DNA of 64,000 nt from Chrysomallon squamiferum (GCA_012295275.1 CM022674.1:5952001-6016000), one strand, 5' to 3'. Shown: positions 1 to 17,699, counted from the first letter of the stretch. The notes: generated by a model from the sequence alone, not told the origin. Numbers and translations: made by a program.

Positions 1-2298
1 CTGGAACAGTTAAAAGATGTATTTTAGAAAAGTAATTAAAAATATGGAATATATTAATAATTTCTGAAAATATTATTGAAAAAAAAGAAGAGTTTAAAAA
101 AAAAATAATAATAATAATAAATTAATAATAATAATAATAATAAATTAATAATAATAATAATAATAAATTAATAATAATAATAACAGAAAAATATTGATAA
201 TGTAGGCAATATTTAAAATACACAAGGAAAACATGGACAAAATGTTATCTTTGTAGTACTTATTAAATAGTAGTAGTGGTTGTTATGGTAACTATAAGAC
301 TAACAGTAACAGTAACATGTTGATAATCAAGTGAGGAGAAGGTTAATGTAAAATCAAATGATAAATAAATTGCTTTGATCATGATCATATTTTTTTATTT
401 CTAATCTGAAGACTAGTAAGACTAGAAGTTTACACCTTGAGAAAATTATTTTGATCTTATTTTATTTTGCTGCTAGTAGTAGTACTTGCTAGAATAATGT
501 GATGATAATGATGCAATAGTTTAAAAATTAAAAAAAAAAAAATCTTAACATCAACATAATTTTATTGTTTTATCACCTCTATAATCTTTGGTTTCATCAT
601 ATTTCACATTTTTCAATACAAGGAAGAAGGGAAATGAATTGCAAAGATGTTATTATTATCATTAATGATAATTAAACGGTTTACTGTGCATATGAATGGA
701 GAAACTTGTTTTATTTGACAATTTGGGTTTATAATATTTATTTAATAATTTTATCAGTGAGATGTAACACAAATCAACTTAAAATGTGATGGAATGAAGA
801 AAATTTTTTTCAACATCTAGATGACAGATCTAATGTCTAAAGGTTTACTACTCTAGCATTAACTACTTTTCTCTTTCTATATATTGAAAGATGTACATAA
901 TGATTGGAAAAAGAAGTACGATTTGGCAGATTAACTAAATAAACATATTTTATTTCACATAATTCCTATTATGTATATAATTACTACGGCCGTCACGATC
1001 GTGAAAGTGCTGTTACTGGTGTTAGTAGAATAACGTTACAAACGGATACATGTTCTGCGCTGAACAAAAAAGGAAATCTGTGCATTCCGTGCTCCTTGTA
1101 GCGTAAACGTTGGGATTATAATTTAGTAAAATCCTAAATCTTTCCAAATATGCACATGTCAAACACAGACTATGTCAAGAACTTACAACAAATATTGTAA
1201 ACAATAATTTCTGTCACCTTCTTTAAACAAAACCTGTTGCAAACAAATCGATTCGCTTCACAGAAAACAATATATAAAATGGCAATCGACTGAGTAACAG
1301 TCTACAGATGGTAAAAACGATAAGGATGTATTCTAGTGAGAGGTTCTGTGTAATCTGTGTAGTATGTTTAATTGTGAATAGTATATGCTAGGTCATGTTG
1401 GTGCATGAATTTTTATATATTTCCAAAGTTTAAACATGTACATATTCGGTTAGGATGGAACATACACATGCAAAATGACAAAAAAACAACAACAAACAAA
1501 GAAAAAAACCAAGAACAACTACAAAACAAGATCAAACAAAACAAAATTAAGATAGCCAATGTACATTAAATAAGAAAATGTAAAGGAAGAAACAAAATAA
1601 ATGATAGATTAACTAAAGAATAACTTCTACAAAAACAACAAACAAGTAATACATAGATAACAAACGCAGGCACGAAAACAAAAATACAGAACAAAACAAA
1701 AACAAACATGAAGATAGCTAGCCTGATGCGGCAGCATTACCCAAAACAATTTAAACAAGACTATTTTATTTTTAAAAAAACCCATTAAATTTATATGTAT
1801 TGGTAAAATTCTTCCATAAGCAATACTATTTACCTTTATTATTTGTTGTTTATTTTTCATCTTTTTTTAATTTATTATTATTAAAACATTTCTTTCTTTT
1901 TTTTTTTTTTACTAATATAATAAACTGTGTATATTTCTAAATAATATAGTTTTTCAACAAATGTAACCCAGTATTTTACGTTTTAAAAGGAGGATATTTA
2001 TTCTAATTTTTGTTTTCAGCGTGTTTACACACGAACTGTGTAACCTTTTCATAAACTTCATTTACTAAACAAATAACTATGCACACATTTAGTCATTCCT
2101 CGAAATAACAGGAAAACAATAACAGCCACTCTTCTTAGCAAAGGTAAGCCTACAAACCTCATACATACATATGCATGACACATACATACATATATACACA
2201 TGCATACATATACACATGCATTTAACTTTCACAGATACATAGGCGCACACACACACACCCATACACACATGCATTTTACTAACATGAACAAAACTACG

Positions 2299-2331
<33 letters not shown>

Positions 2332-2563
2332 AGTGTGAGTGTACATAGATACCTACAGACATGCAAAACACATATACATGCATACATATCCACATACAGT
2401 CACATCACAGATAAATTATTGATAGATAGAAAGATAGATAAACAGACAGACAGACAGACAGACAGTTAATACATACATTCACATGAATGAAATATGAAAT
2501 CATTTTAAATAAGTATGTTCTTAACTAGCAATATGAACAAATAGTAATATTCTTTTTCTTTTC

Positions 2564-2604
<41 letters not shown>

Positions 2605-2758
2605 TATATGTTTATACAAGCACAATAATAAAATTAATATTACAGTTTTGAAGATCAATTAATTTATTTTTTGGTTGTTCATCTATCTTCATGTGTAGTA
2701 AGTCTGCAGGTCATTTACCTATTGACCTACTTGGGTTAGCGCCAGATTTTATAATAAT

Positions 2759-2795
<37 letters not shown>

Positions 2796-3093
2796 ATTAT
2801 GCCGGTGTGTGTCTTTGAACGTGTATTTCTTTGTCTTTCTATGTCTGTAAGTACGATGTAATGAAAAAAGATAAAACAGAGTGTCAGATACACACAGACA
2901 CACAGACACACACACACACAAACGGACAGATAGACAGACACACACACACAACTGTAGACATAATGACTAGTTAGAATATTTTGTATCTACTTATTTTATG
3001 CACGCGCAATAAAAGCTCAGCACAAAAAAAATACTACTAATTAATTAATTCTTTAAAATATTATAATAATAATATTAATAATAATAATAATAA

Positions 3094-3130
<37 letters not shown>

Positions 3131-3934
3131 AGAAGAAAAAAAAAAACAGAAAGAAAAAAGAAAAATGAAGGAAAGAAAAGAAAAAAGTAGGTCAGCAATA
3201 ACCGTGACTAATAGATTACTTAAGCAACACGCTTTCCCGTTACAAAAACTGATCGATCTGCGCATGTGTGGAATTTGCATTAAAGAAGATGAAAGGCATA
3301 ATAACGACGCCATATGTTAACTGGTATTTCTCCACTGTATGCATATAATTATAATATCTATATGTAGCGAGGAATGTTCGTAGCTTTGAAATATAGATTA
3401 CTGTTCTGTATAGCTGTAAATGGTGAATGTTTTGAAACGCTGTTGTCGTGCATTTAATAATGTGCATGTATGTATGTATGCTCGTGGGTGTGCGTATGTT
3501 TCATTTATGCATAAATCATTTAAATGTATATGTAAATTACGTTTATTTTCTTTATTTGCTTTAAGCGGGGGTGTGTCTGTGAATGTGTTTATGTGTGAAA
3601 GGTAAAAAAAAAAAAATAATAAATAATAATGTAAACAATAATAATAATTCAAATATAACGAAAAAAGTATTTATTTATTTATTTATTTTTATATTTTACA
3701 CACACACACACACGCACACACACACAACCCGCATCCCAACCCCACCCCATACACAGAGACACATAATTTTAGTGCATAATTCGTAATCAGCATTGCTTTA
3801 TTAAATCTAATTTTAAAGGAAATAATTAGATTTACAATTAATAAAGTTATAAACACCACCTTAAAACCGACCATCATCACTACCATCACCAGCAACAACA
3901 ATAATGGATAATATTATTATTGATGTTGTTGTTG

Positions 3935-3978
<44 letters not shown>

Positions 3979-4417
3979 GATGAGGACAACAACTACAGGA
4001 ACAATATAATACACACAAACGAACAGCAACAACAAGAAGGATATACTTCAATTCCATCATTTGTTTATTTATGGTTATTTTTATTTTGACTACAGCTACA
4101 ACTACTACTACCACCACCACCACCACCACCACAACCACCACCATTCTTCCTGCTACTATTATTAATATTAATATTAATATTTTTCATCTTTCTCTTACTA
4201 TTTTTGTTTTATTGAAATTTTAAATACATAGATAAATAAAAGCAGAACGAAACAATAAATCAGTATGGCTGGTTGTGGCCTTTTTATGTAAACTATCTGT
4301 TGTCAAATGGCGAGATGAGTAACAGGTGATGGCATTAAAAACTCATTACATGTAAACGATGTTTACAGAAATTACCATTAAATGTAATTAGATTGAAAAA
4401 CCAACCGCTGTAAGCAA

Positions 4418-5066
<649 letters not shown>

Positions 5067-5135
5067 ATGTTCCAGATTCCAGCAACAACAACCACTAGTA
5101 CTACTGCCACTACTACAACTACTACTGATTACTTC

Positions 5136-5171
<36 letters not shown>

Positions 5172-6477
5172 CAATAATAATACTAATAATTAAAAGAGTT
5201 ACATCTGTGTAAAATAAAATAAAGAAGTAAGTAAGTAAATAAATACATAATGACGACAACAACGTCAATCATAACGATGATGATGATGATATCAACCACA
5301 GTAACAACAACAGCAATTGTAAAAGTAGTAGTTGTACTAGCAGCAGTAGTAATAGTAATAGTAATAGTAGTAATTGTAATAATAATGGTAGCAAAGTATT
5401 AATAGCTGTAGTAGAAGTCATAGTAGTGGCAGTAGTAGTCGTAGCAGTAATATTAATAATATAACATCCTTAACGACAACATAAATTAACAACAACTACT
5501 ACTACAACTACTGTTACTATTATTATTTAATACCAAGAACAACAACAACAACAACAAAAATAAGAACTAATGTAGTTAAAATCTTCTCTAAAACACGCTC
5601 TTTGGTCATCAAAAAGATTCGATCTTTCAACCAGTCATTGAAACGTTTTATCTTTTCGCAGACAGCAATAACAACACTTTATGGCTGCAAATGTAAATAT
5701 AATGAAATAATCAATCAAGATGAATATGTTATGAAAGCACAGAGACAAAGAGAAAAGACATGCATGTATTATAGACATGTTTAGGAAAAAGTCTGTTTGA
5801 TATTATATATATCTATATCAATATCTATATCTATATGTATATCTATCTATCTATCTAAATATATATGTATATATTTATATGTGTGTGTGTGTGTGTGTGT
5901 ATAATATATGTGGCGTGTGTATATATATGTATGTATGTGTGTGTGTGTGTGTATGTATATATATATATATATATATATTTCACGAGCCACGTAAGCCGTA
6001 TACTAATGATATTCAGGACTCGATATTTCATCCTAATTATAATTCTTCTTCTTTAAATATTTCCGCCTAAATACAATGCTTTGCATAAAATCTCCATGGT
6101 GCACGCATGTTATTGTCGTTTTGTTTAAAACCGCTGTTAATTTAGAGTAAAACATAAATCAATTCGGAAATAATTCTGTCAAGTCGCTCTTTATTTTACA
6201 TTTTAAAAGGTTAAAGATACTGTATATCGACGACATCTTGCATTTTATATGCAATTTTTTAGTTTTTAATTTCTTTATTTGTTTGTTTGTTTATGTTTTT
6301 TATTATTATTTTAAAAATATCTGTAAGAATATAATATATGTTTTAAAGAAGAAAAAAAAGGAAAAAAAGGAAAAAAGGAAAAAAAGGTAAAAAGGAAAAA
6401 ATAGTAAATATTTTACTGACCTCACTTAGTTTATGATAGTTTCGATACTAAAATACTAGAAAAGAATATAGAAATTA

Positions 6478-6530
<53 letters not shown>

Positions 6531-7168
6531 TGATGATGATGATGATGAAACGCAGCACATTATACAAAAAAAAAAAAAAAAAAAAAAAAAAATAATAAAT
6601 AAATAAATAAATAAAATAAATAAAAAAAAAAAGAAGAAAACGTCATTAATGCTAACACAATGTATTCAACTTCGTCCCAACCAACATATTAAAACAGAAC
6701 AGCAGGACGCTACCTACATGATGAATTGAAGTATATTGTTGTTCTTGTTGTTGCTCTTCGTTTGTGTGTACTATATTGTTCCTGTAGTTGTTGTCCTCAT
6801 CATCATTATCATCTGGTGTCGACTACCGATGTCGCCGTAATCCATAAAAAAAAAACATGTTTTATGTCTTTACCACAATAGTGTGACGTCATGCTCCGCG
6901 GAGCATTAAACACAACAGAATTACGCCATTGCTGTGAATTGACGCATTTTGCAGTATGTTACTGTTACTGTTATTTTTGTTATTATTATTGTTGTTGTTG
7001 TTGTTTTCTTTTTATTGTTGTTTATTTCAAAAATTTTGAAAGCAATGAAATATATATATGGCAAATTACCAAAAATATTTAATTTAATAATGTTATTTTA
7101 ATTTATTTATTTTTTTATATTTCAAAAATTTTGTAAAACAAAAACAAGTTAATATTTAAGCAAAAGAC

Positions 7169-7205
<37 letters not shown>

Positions 7206-7569
7206 AAAGCAAAAGATATTCCAGTTAATATCTTGATTTATCACACATAAACAAACAGGTTTTTAATTTATTTTATACAGAGTACAAACCACTTGAACAA
7301 ACTACACTTACAGATAAACGAAATAGGTAAAGGAAGTTAAGACAACGCAATTTTCTCATCGTTTTTTTAAATTTTATTTTTGTTTATTTTTATTTATTTT
7401 TTTCGATGTTGTTGTTTGTTGTTTGTTTTGTTTTGTTTGTTTTCTGGGTTTTTTATATTTTTGGTATTTAAATAAAAACAAGTAAATAAAATAAATAAAT
7501 AAATAAACAACAAAAAACATTATTCATATAATGAATTATTTATTTTTGGTTTCTGTGCCTCATCATCTT

Positions 7570-7634
<65 letters not shown>

Positions 7635-7823
7635 TGATAATGATGATAATTATTTTCTTTTCACATGACTTAATTTCTGACTCTGAAATGTAAACTAATA
7701 AATAAATAAAAAAAAAAAAAAAATAAAAAAATAATAATAATAAAAGATAAATAAATAAATAGACTAAATAATTACTGCTTTTTTCGCATCTCCAGCTTAT
7801 TCACATAATAATAATAATAATAA

Positions 7824-7854
<31 letters not shown>

Positions 7855-8463
7855 AAGAAGAAGAAATAAGAAAAATAAATAAATAAGCAAAAAAATATTA
7901 AAAAAAATCAATTCTACATATATGAAATAACATCGTCATGAAATATCGCTCTGGTTTGATGTGTTACTATAATTTTTATTGTTTCAAAATGTCATGTAAG
8001 ACGTTTGTTAAAAGCTGTTGCAGCAACAGGTGGCACCATTGAGCGGACGAGAAGTATTTATAAACTAAATTAGGTTATACGCCACATGTTGTTTTGTCAC
8101 TGGCTAAACGTCGTACGTATGAAGTTACGTCAAAAGGGTCGCATTGATATCAGTTTGTATTTTCCCCGATTCACAAGTGGATGTTTTATCGTTTTAGAGT
8201 CTAAAATTTTAGACAGTGAAGCAGTTTTACTGCATGTCTTAGTCTCTGTTTTCTGTAGACATTTTCCCTGTTCGACACTGTAGCATAAAGCAATTTATTT
8301 TCATAAAAAAAAAAAAAAAAAAATAAAAAAATAATAATAATAATTATAAAAAAATTGAAATAGATATAAGTTGAAATCGTATCGTTTTTATTTATTTATT
8401 TATTATGATTATTATTATATTATTGTTGTTGTTGTTTTTATTATTATATTATTTATTTATTTA

Positions 8464-8519
<56 letters not shown>

Positions 8520-8571
8520 GTTGTTGTTGTTGTATGTTGTTGTTATTATATGTATCATGCACAAATCAGTA

Positions 8572-8640
8572 ACCCAGCTGGGCTCCTGGCACCGATTGAT
8601 TCATCAAAGACCGTGGTATGTGGTGTACTGCCTATGGTAA
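8572..8640 (+). mobile_element. SINE core fragment
   Basis: gattcatcaaagaccgtggtatgt matches the reverse complement of 46867-46890 (gatttatcaaaaacagtgggatgt); resembles a gastropod tRNA-derived SINE body as recalled. Confidence 0.55.
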
Positions 8641-9237
8641 ACTGATAGTGAGATTTAATTTTTAATTTTTTTTTAATTCTCATTTCATAAAAACTATTTT
8701 TAACGTTTCTCTCTCTATCACTGTTACTGTCACTGTCGTATGATCCGAGCTCTAAAGCTGGAATTAAGTCAACTACCTCTCCGATTTCGTCATCATAGAA
8801 AATAAATATATCAAATTTCGCAGACACATTACAATGTAAGATAATTGTTTGTTTTTTTTAATATATTTTTTAATGTTCCTTTTATTTATTTAGTTATTTT
8901 TTTAACCTTGAATTTGATACGATCGACTGTAATTGCGTCTCTGTTGAAGGGTACTAAGAACATATTACGTCACTTTTGTTGTACATTACCCCCGCCCCCC
9001 TGTCCATATATTCGACTTTGTTCTTCGGGGCAATACCTAGTTTGGTATGTGGTGTTACCTTGCAAACTTTACTTTTAATATTTATTACAATTTTATAGTA
9101 AACATATATATTATCATTCATTTTAATAATCGATCTATGCTTATAAGAAGCATTTTTTCTCGTGTACGTATATATTATATGTGTGTACACATGTATTTGT
9201 GTATATGTATGTACTTGTTTGTGTATGCATGTACATG

Positions 9238-9288
<51 letters not shown>

Positions 9289-11200
9289 ATATATCTGTGT
9301 GTGTGTTTCTCTGTGTGTGTGTGTAAGTAATTATGCATGTACGTGTTTGTGTGTGTGTGTGTGTGTGTGTAAGTAAGTCTGCATGTACATGTTTGTGTTT
9401 GTATATGTATGTATGTATGTACGTATGTTTCATATGAACACATTTTTAATATCAGAAGAAATACTGTAGTTGGATAAAAATCTGGAGCCGCCCTTGTCTG
9501 AGTTAACAAATTTATTACATCCTGGATAAAGAAATGTTTGACACTATTGTCAGCGACAAGCGTCGAATACATTTTTTAAAAATGCAAATTTGCATCTCAC
9601 CTTTCAACAGAGGTAAGGTCGTGAAAACGTACAAGAACCGGCGAGGCAGAAAATACGTTGAATTGCATAGCTTTCATACCTCGTAAAAAATAAAAATAAA
9701 AATTTGAATGATTAAACATTATGAAATAAAAAAGCTGAAAATAAATCAAAAGAAGAGTAACTTTGAGAAAAATCAAACAGAAAAACCAAAAAAAACCCAA
9801 CAAAAAACTTAAGAAATCCAGAAGGAGGAAGAAAGAAATAAAAAAGAAGAAAAAAAATGAAAAAAAAAAAAAATGTAGAAGATATAAGAAAAAAAAAAAG
9901 AAAAAAGGAGAGGAAAAGAAAAGAAAATGTTAGTGTACTGGCTGACATGTTTTTATTTTCTACATCTAGGCAATTACATCATTCACAACATATTCATTTC
10001 GCTACAGCATACGTTGTATTACAGAGAACATGTAATTTAATAACATTTGTAACACCTGGATCGAGTATTTCCATTACAAATAATTAGCACTATATATATA
10101 CACACATACACTTACGTGTTAGCACTATATATATACATAGATTTACACGGGCGAATAGATGTTAAATATAAAACACATTTAAATAATAAGAATCTTGCAC
10201 GTTTTTTTTCTTTCTTTAGCGTTTGGTAAAGGGATATTTTAACCATGATTTTTGCAGTGACTGGAGAATTGGCTTTAAAAGTTCATTTCAAAAGCACTGG
10301 TTGGAACGGACGGCAGAGAGGTTCTATAAGAAGAGTTGGTGCTGTTTTCTGTTACATGCCCTGTCTAACTCTAATGCAGTAGAACCTACATTCATACATA
10401 TACAAAAACACAAACAGAAACACATACGCACAGACACAGACACAGACAAACAACCTACAAATATATATACACACACATACACAAATATATATGCGAACCT
10501 ACCTACTACCTGCCTATCTACAAACGTACATACACATTTTGTATGAAAATTACTGTACATACATACTACATATTTATATACATACATATGCGTGTATATA
10601 TGTGTATGTATTCACTTCCGTGCGTCTAACAGATGTACGTTAGGATTTGTATGTATAACAGGTATGTACGAACGTAAGTATAATTAGTATACGCACGTGT
10701 GTGTGTGTGAATGTGTGTGTGTGAATGTGTGTGCGCGTGCGCGCGCGTTCTTTGATGTATAATTTATGTTCTTGACGAAAATCCATTGATATGGGCTTAA
10801 GAGGAGGACTTACTTTAATTTAAGTTTCGTCGGTTCAGTCAAAGGCAGAATGATAATTTATTTAGCTCGCTCGGTGGGAGATAATAAAAAGGTAATTGAA
10901 AAAGATGTGATAGTCGGCTTCCTGAGTTTCGCCTCCTTCGATAAAAAAAAGCAAAGATCGTTTAGCACAGTAACTGGTTCTGCAATACGCCTACACGTGC
11001 TCACGGTCTCGCCATTTTGTGTGTCTCTGTTCCTTTCAGTTTTTTTCTGTGTCTGAGAGAGTTAGAGTGAATGAGATAGAGTGAATGAGATAGAGTGAAT
11101 GAGATAGAGAAAGAGATATACAGAGATAGATTGAAAAATAGATAATCAGTGAAAGCGAGAGAAATGGAGATAGAGAAAGATACAGAGAGTGAGAGTAACA

Positions 11201-11377
<177 letters not shown>

Positions 11378-11794
11378 AATAAAAGTCGAACATCATCTGG
11401 ATCAAAGATAACTTTAAAGCCAATGAAATGGTAACTTTTGCACACATTAATATAATTATACACTAAAGAGTCAAATTTAATATGTACAAATGTAGTCATT
11501 TCCCAGTGGCCTCTCTATCTTTTATGTATGTGGTTTTGTGGACGTGTTTCAGCTTATGGCCACATTGCATGTCATGTTATTAATGAAAACACATTTTCAA
11601 ATATTATTATATTCTTTTGTTTGATGAATGGTGTGCGCAGAGATGAATAAATCGATAAAACGCTCTGGCTGTCTAATTAATGATATTATTGAAATATTGT
11701 TGGAAAATAAATTCAAATTACAGAGGGAAGCAATCCTAATATCCATGACGACCAGTTTAATTCGTTCCAAACTTGTCCTTCAGTGTTTTATTTC

Positions 11795-11826
<32 letters not shown>

Positions 11827-12055
11827 TGAAAGAAAGAAAAAAAAGAAACAAGCACTCATTCATATTAGATTTCTGTGTTTAGACTGTTTGAAGGTAAAGG
11901 TAGTATAAAATAGTTAAAAACAAACACACCCACTCCATATCAAATTTCTGTGTTTAGACCTATTATTGTTGTTATGAGGTAAAGGTTATCTTAGGTTGAG
12001 GTTAAAGTTATCTGTCTTTTCGACTTTTATATGATAAACACTTACACAGACACAC

Positions 12056-12056
<1 letters not shown>

Positions 12057-12146
<90 letters not shown>
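12057..12146. repeat. (CA)n(GA)n compound microsatellite
   Basis: Direct reading. Confidence 0.95.
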
Positions 12147-12150
<4 letters not shown>

Positions 12151-12862
12151 AAATAAAAGAGAAAGATTAATGAAAAAGACAGGACAATAGATAAACGGAT
12201 AGACAGACACAGAACAGAGGACTGAAGAAAGGAGAAAGAAAGGGGAAAAAACAAACAAAATAAAGATGGTTAACACTGCACAAAAGTGAAAAAGAGAGAG
12301 AGAGACATGGAGACAGATATATACAGATACAGAGGTATACAGATAGAGAGATTTGGGAGAGATAAAGAGATAGACAGATAAATATAGTAACCGGATACTT
12401 CATCAGTTTCATGTTGGTAATACATATCACTTAACATTGTTATGACGCAGTTGTTTGATCTTACTAATCTTCCTTATTTTGTTTTCCGCTATTTATTCTA
12501 ATTTTATTTTCAGTGTAACCGACAAACAACTCCAGTAACGATAACAACACTATAAAACCTCAGGTCACCGAATTTTATATTGCGTTTTTTTATTTTATTA
12601 TTATTATACATATTTTTTTTTTTTTTTTTTTTTATTTTTTTAAATAAAAAGTTGGAAGTGTTCGTATCTCGTAGAAATAGCCTGACTACATTTTGTACAG
12701 CAAGCTTGACATTTTATACATTTAAATGCATACCAATCTTTCTTAATAATGACGTTTGAGAATAATGTATTTAAGCCCGCAACGACAGATATTATATAAA
12801 AAAAATTAACAAATCAAAATAATTCTTTTATAACTTTCAAAAGAATAATAATAACAATATAA

Positions 12863-12916
<54 letters not shown>

Positions 12917-13032
12917 CCCACATAAATATAGATGTTAAGATCTTTAATAAAATATCATCCCTTCAGCTATTATTAATGAATGTACGACACACTGTGTACA
13001 GGGGAAAGTCTTACGGTTATATTGATTTTTAA

Positions 13033-13063
<31 letters not shown>

Positions 13064-14633
13064 TTAAGCTGATACAGGATATTTATTTAGTTATTTATAT
13101 TTTTATATTTTATTTTAAAAAAAAAAAAAAAAAAAAAGTCTTGGTCTCTATATGAAAACCAAGACGGTTCGAGTCTTTTCGTTGAATGTACTTTAGTGTA
13201 ATTATTGTTAACAAATTCCAAGTCCGATTTCTGCCTGTAGATATAATTTCAGATATAACCTGAATAGCTACTTACTCAGGTTACCAATGCAAAACGATCT
13301 TCCACTTCTTATACCGCGCCTTCTTTTGATCAATTTACTATCTTAATATTTTCATTTGTATATTCATGTACTATAATTATGCAAACTAGGTACTGCTTCT
13401 GAATCGGTATATGTGATGAATAAAGTTCATTTATAAACGGTTTCTTTTTGTTGGTGTTCCATTAATGCATTTGTATGGAAAATACTGGTAGCGTAGTTAA
13501 TAGCAACAACAATAATACAGACTTGTTTTCATGGCTTATGTCTTTTATTCTTTAATAGATGCACCGTTGCCCAGTCGCCCAGGTATGAATAAAGATTGTG
13601 TTAAATTGAAAATATACCTCATTGTTCTGCCAGGTATCCAAAAAACAATTTTAATTATGCTATGACCATAAATCCTCTGATTTCAGAACCTTTCAGTACT
13701 ACAGATTAAATTTAAATTGAAGTTAATGAGATTTTAATATATTTTTAATCAGTGTTGTTTTATTATTAACTATAATATATTTATAATACTGTCATCTTAA
13801 TATTAAATAGATATTTTTTTTTAAATAAAGTAACTTTAATATTAATTTATATTAATAATTATCGTAATTTTAAAATCAAATTTATTTCGTAAATAACTAA
13901 ATGCAGTCTAAATATTACCTAAACAACTATAAATACGTGTTGTGTGTGACAGTTACATATAAATTCGAGAAGAAAGAGAAAATTATTTTTTTTGCGCTTA
14001 CGTTCGGTCTGGTTTAAACGAATAATAAATATTTTTGGTTATGGCCTGAAATGCAAATCCAGACCACCCACTAGATTTCCTTCTGGATCCGCACCTCTCC
14101 GGTAGAGACACAACGAAAACTTCAAATCCAACCAGACCAAAATAAATTTTCTTCACACTGTGTGGCGACACCTTGCATAAACAAGAATCAAAAACTTTCC
14201 ACAACACGACGTAGTAATTTATGCATGCAGACCGGTACATTTTTTTTTCTGCAGCAGACGGTAACGGTCCATCAACCGTGCATGCATTTGACGTAAATAA
14301 TGAGATTAAATCATGCAAACTATCAAGCAATCAATTATTCTGTTTAATTAATAAGTAATCGTTAGAAAATCCAGTCATCTATGGTATCCCTGCACAACAG
14401 ACCTTGTCGGTACTTTTTAATGTCTTGTGTGTTTCTATCTTTACGTCGATTGTAAGACAGTGATAGTCTGCCCTGATCGAGAATTTTTTTCCGCGCACAA
14501 ATAGACTGGCTGCCGCTGCGTTCACATTAACACTGAAAACATACCGTCGATGAAGAAGTAACAGTCTGGTGAACAGTTTAAAATAATTCTAAGATCGATA
14601 ACTGGGTAAACGTGCCAGTTAATTTAGTCTTGC

Positions 14634-14671
<38 letters not shown>

Positions 14672-15342
14672 GAAGAAGAAGAAGAAGAAGAAGAAGAAAA
14701 AACATTCCGCTCACATTATACAGACAGTAGTTAATTATCCGTTCACTGTTAGTATATGAAAATACTGAGTTTATTTTATTAAAGGAAGGGTTGTCTTGCA
14801 GTCAAGCGTTCCAGTTTTTAAGCAGAGGTTTTATTCAGTATTTTGCAAAGATTTTGTTTGTTTGTTTGTTTGCAGGTGCAAATATATGTATAAAGTAATT
14901 TAAAACGCTCGCTTATCAAATGCCACCAACTTCTCTAACGTTCCACACAGGCAGCCAGGCTAGGCTGTCTGTGGGCGGGATTGCCAAAAATTCATTGAAA
15001 TGGAAACATGTCTAACGAGGGGTGCCGATCTCTTTTTTGAAACGCTTTTTACTTCCACCAGTTTAACCCTTTATAACTGAAGTCATCACGCCTTCGGAGC
15101 GTTAACTTAGAAAAAAACTTCAGAACTAATAGATCGGTCCTGTATGCAATGACGTCATGGCAAAGGCAGTATATTTTAAAAATGAATTTTTTTTTTTTTT
15201 TTTTTTTTTCTTTTTCACTTCAACCTCAAAACTTTAAAGTATGCTGAAAATATTTATTATTTGTAATACTTCAAAATCTTAGATATATATATTTAAAAAT
15301 CTTGAATATTCTATAAATAACAGTAACAACTATAACAACAAC

Positions 15343-15417
<75 letters not shown>

Positions 15418-16113
15418 CAACAACAACAACAGTAACAACAATAAATGAATAAATATTTTGCTGCTTGAGTTAGAATCCTTTTGTTCAGAGTGAATATAAA
15501 TGTACATATATATTTGTGGGATTTTATTTTTATGGGTATGTGATTTACGTGAATGTATTGAAATATATCTAAGCTTTGTATGCAGAACTTCTAAAGCTTT
15601 TATAACGTTTTTTTTTTTTCAAAGCATTGTGATTATTACAAACACACCCACTATTTTACAATATATAAAAAACCGCAGATAGATAAGAATCATTGAAAGG
15701 TGACAATAATAAACATAGAGATATATAAGCAACATTTGTGTCAGCTATTTATACAGCTTCTGAATGCCGTAATTTACTAGAACGGGTGTTATTCGAGTTT
15801 GCTTGGTGACCTTTTGAAGGTTAATGGAAATGTAATGGCAGGGAAGTTGTTAAACATACGCAAGCCATTCTTTGCTGCATACATTGGATAATAATACCCG
15901 GATAATAGAATTTTAAACTAATGGCATTATTCATTTGTAAACCGATCCTCTCATTCAGGGCAATCATTTTGGTGAAGATCTTGAAAAGAAATAAAATATG
16001 TTAGCACCTCCTGCAGTGTTAAGTGTTCGTTCATTCATTGTTAAAGTATATCTGGCGTGAAAAATAAAAAAAAAAAAAAAAGTGTGTGTTTGTATATATA
16101 TATATATATATGC

Positions 16114-16171
<58 letters not shown>

Positions 16172-16579
16172 ATTAGAAATTAATTAAACTAATCTAAATA
16201 AATAAATAAATAAATAAATAAAATAAAATAAAATAAAATAAAATAAAATAAAATAAAATATAATAAAATAAAATTAAGTTCATAAATATTTTAACAGAAT
16301 TTAAAGGAATAAACTGTACTTTCCGGTCATACTGTTCTTTTTCCAGTCTGATGCAATACTGCGATCTGAAGTTTGAAGAAAATGGCATCATGTCGTTGAC
16401 AGAAATTTTGTTCTTTCTGAGAGACAAACAACATTAATGATCATGATGAGATCAAGAATTACGTAAATGTATTATGGCCACAAAAAAAAAAAAAAAAAAA
16501 ATTTGGTATTCAAAAAGTCAAGAAAATTAAATGAATAAACACATTTAATGTTAAGTTTCTTATTAATGGAGAAATTATT

Positions 16580-16624
<45 letters not shown>

Positions 16625-17699
16625 TAGAAAAGAAAAAAATCCCCATGTTGGTTTTCCAGAAGAACATGGTTCTGTGGAGTGACGTCAGCGAATTTCTCCT
16701 CTCATGTGACTTTTGTACAGGAACACATTTTTAAAGCTAATAACCGTTATTTAAAAAAAAAAAAAAAAAGGTTAATAAAGCAAATAAAGAAGTAAAAATA
16801 ATAATTATTAAAAATAAATAAATATTTAAATAAATACGTGCATAAACATATTGAAAATGAATAATAATTAATTATTAAATAAAAAAATATGCAGATACCT
16901 AACTAAGTAACTAAATAATTCTAACTAACTAACTGAATAAATAAATATTTAAAAAAAAAAAAAAAAAACATAAAAAATATATAGACAGACAGACAGATAG
17001 ACAAATATAAAATGAGTTAAGGAATCATTAATCATTTATTAATTTATTTGAACGTTATCTGTATAATCATCTAAATTTACTGCTAATAATTCTCGATTTT
17101 GACTGAAGTAATGAGTAAAGTTTTCATTGCAAATGTTTCATTCCTGTTATTTACGGGATCATTTCATTTCATGCACCACAAGTAATAAAATAAAATTTCA
17201 ACAGATAATTTTCAAGAGAATAAAAACTACAGCTTTAAGAAATTACAAGAATGTGACAGTAAAGGCAGATAACGAAAAAAAAAAAAAAAAAAAAAAAAAA
17301 AAGAAACAGGTGTGGGAGAAAAAAAAATGACCTTCTTCATCAGTAGGTCAGCTTCAAAAAAAAAAAAAAAAAAAACCTAACTTGTCTTAAGAAAACACTT
17401 TTAGCCCATATCTAAAACAAGCCGAGGGCTAAACGACCTCTGTAGCTGGTTAAATATAGAGATTTGTTTTTAAAATGATCCTTGAGTTTTATCGAAATGT
17501 ACAAAGAACAGAGTCTGGTAAGCAGTTACATCATTAGAACTGGCTGTACAAAAATGAATTCTATTTACGTCCACAGAATGAAAGACAGGAACATTTGGTA
17601 AAGTCTTCAGCAGCCCGTCTTAGTGTATTTCCGAAATGCGCCTGTTCACTTAGTGACCGAAAGAATGTAATAATAAGCTGATAAACGAAAGAACATCAT

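Noticed and set aside
13138-13180. Hairpin gtcttggt/accaagac followed by B-box-like GGTTCGAGTC
   Set aside because: No cloverleaf or A-box can be built, so not a tRNA.
13998-14330. 110-aa minus-strand ORF
   Set aside because: Non-ATG start, no recognisable family, no convincing exon structure.
15062-15180. piggyBac-like TTAA|CCCTT terminus
   Set aside because: No matching opposite end found.
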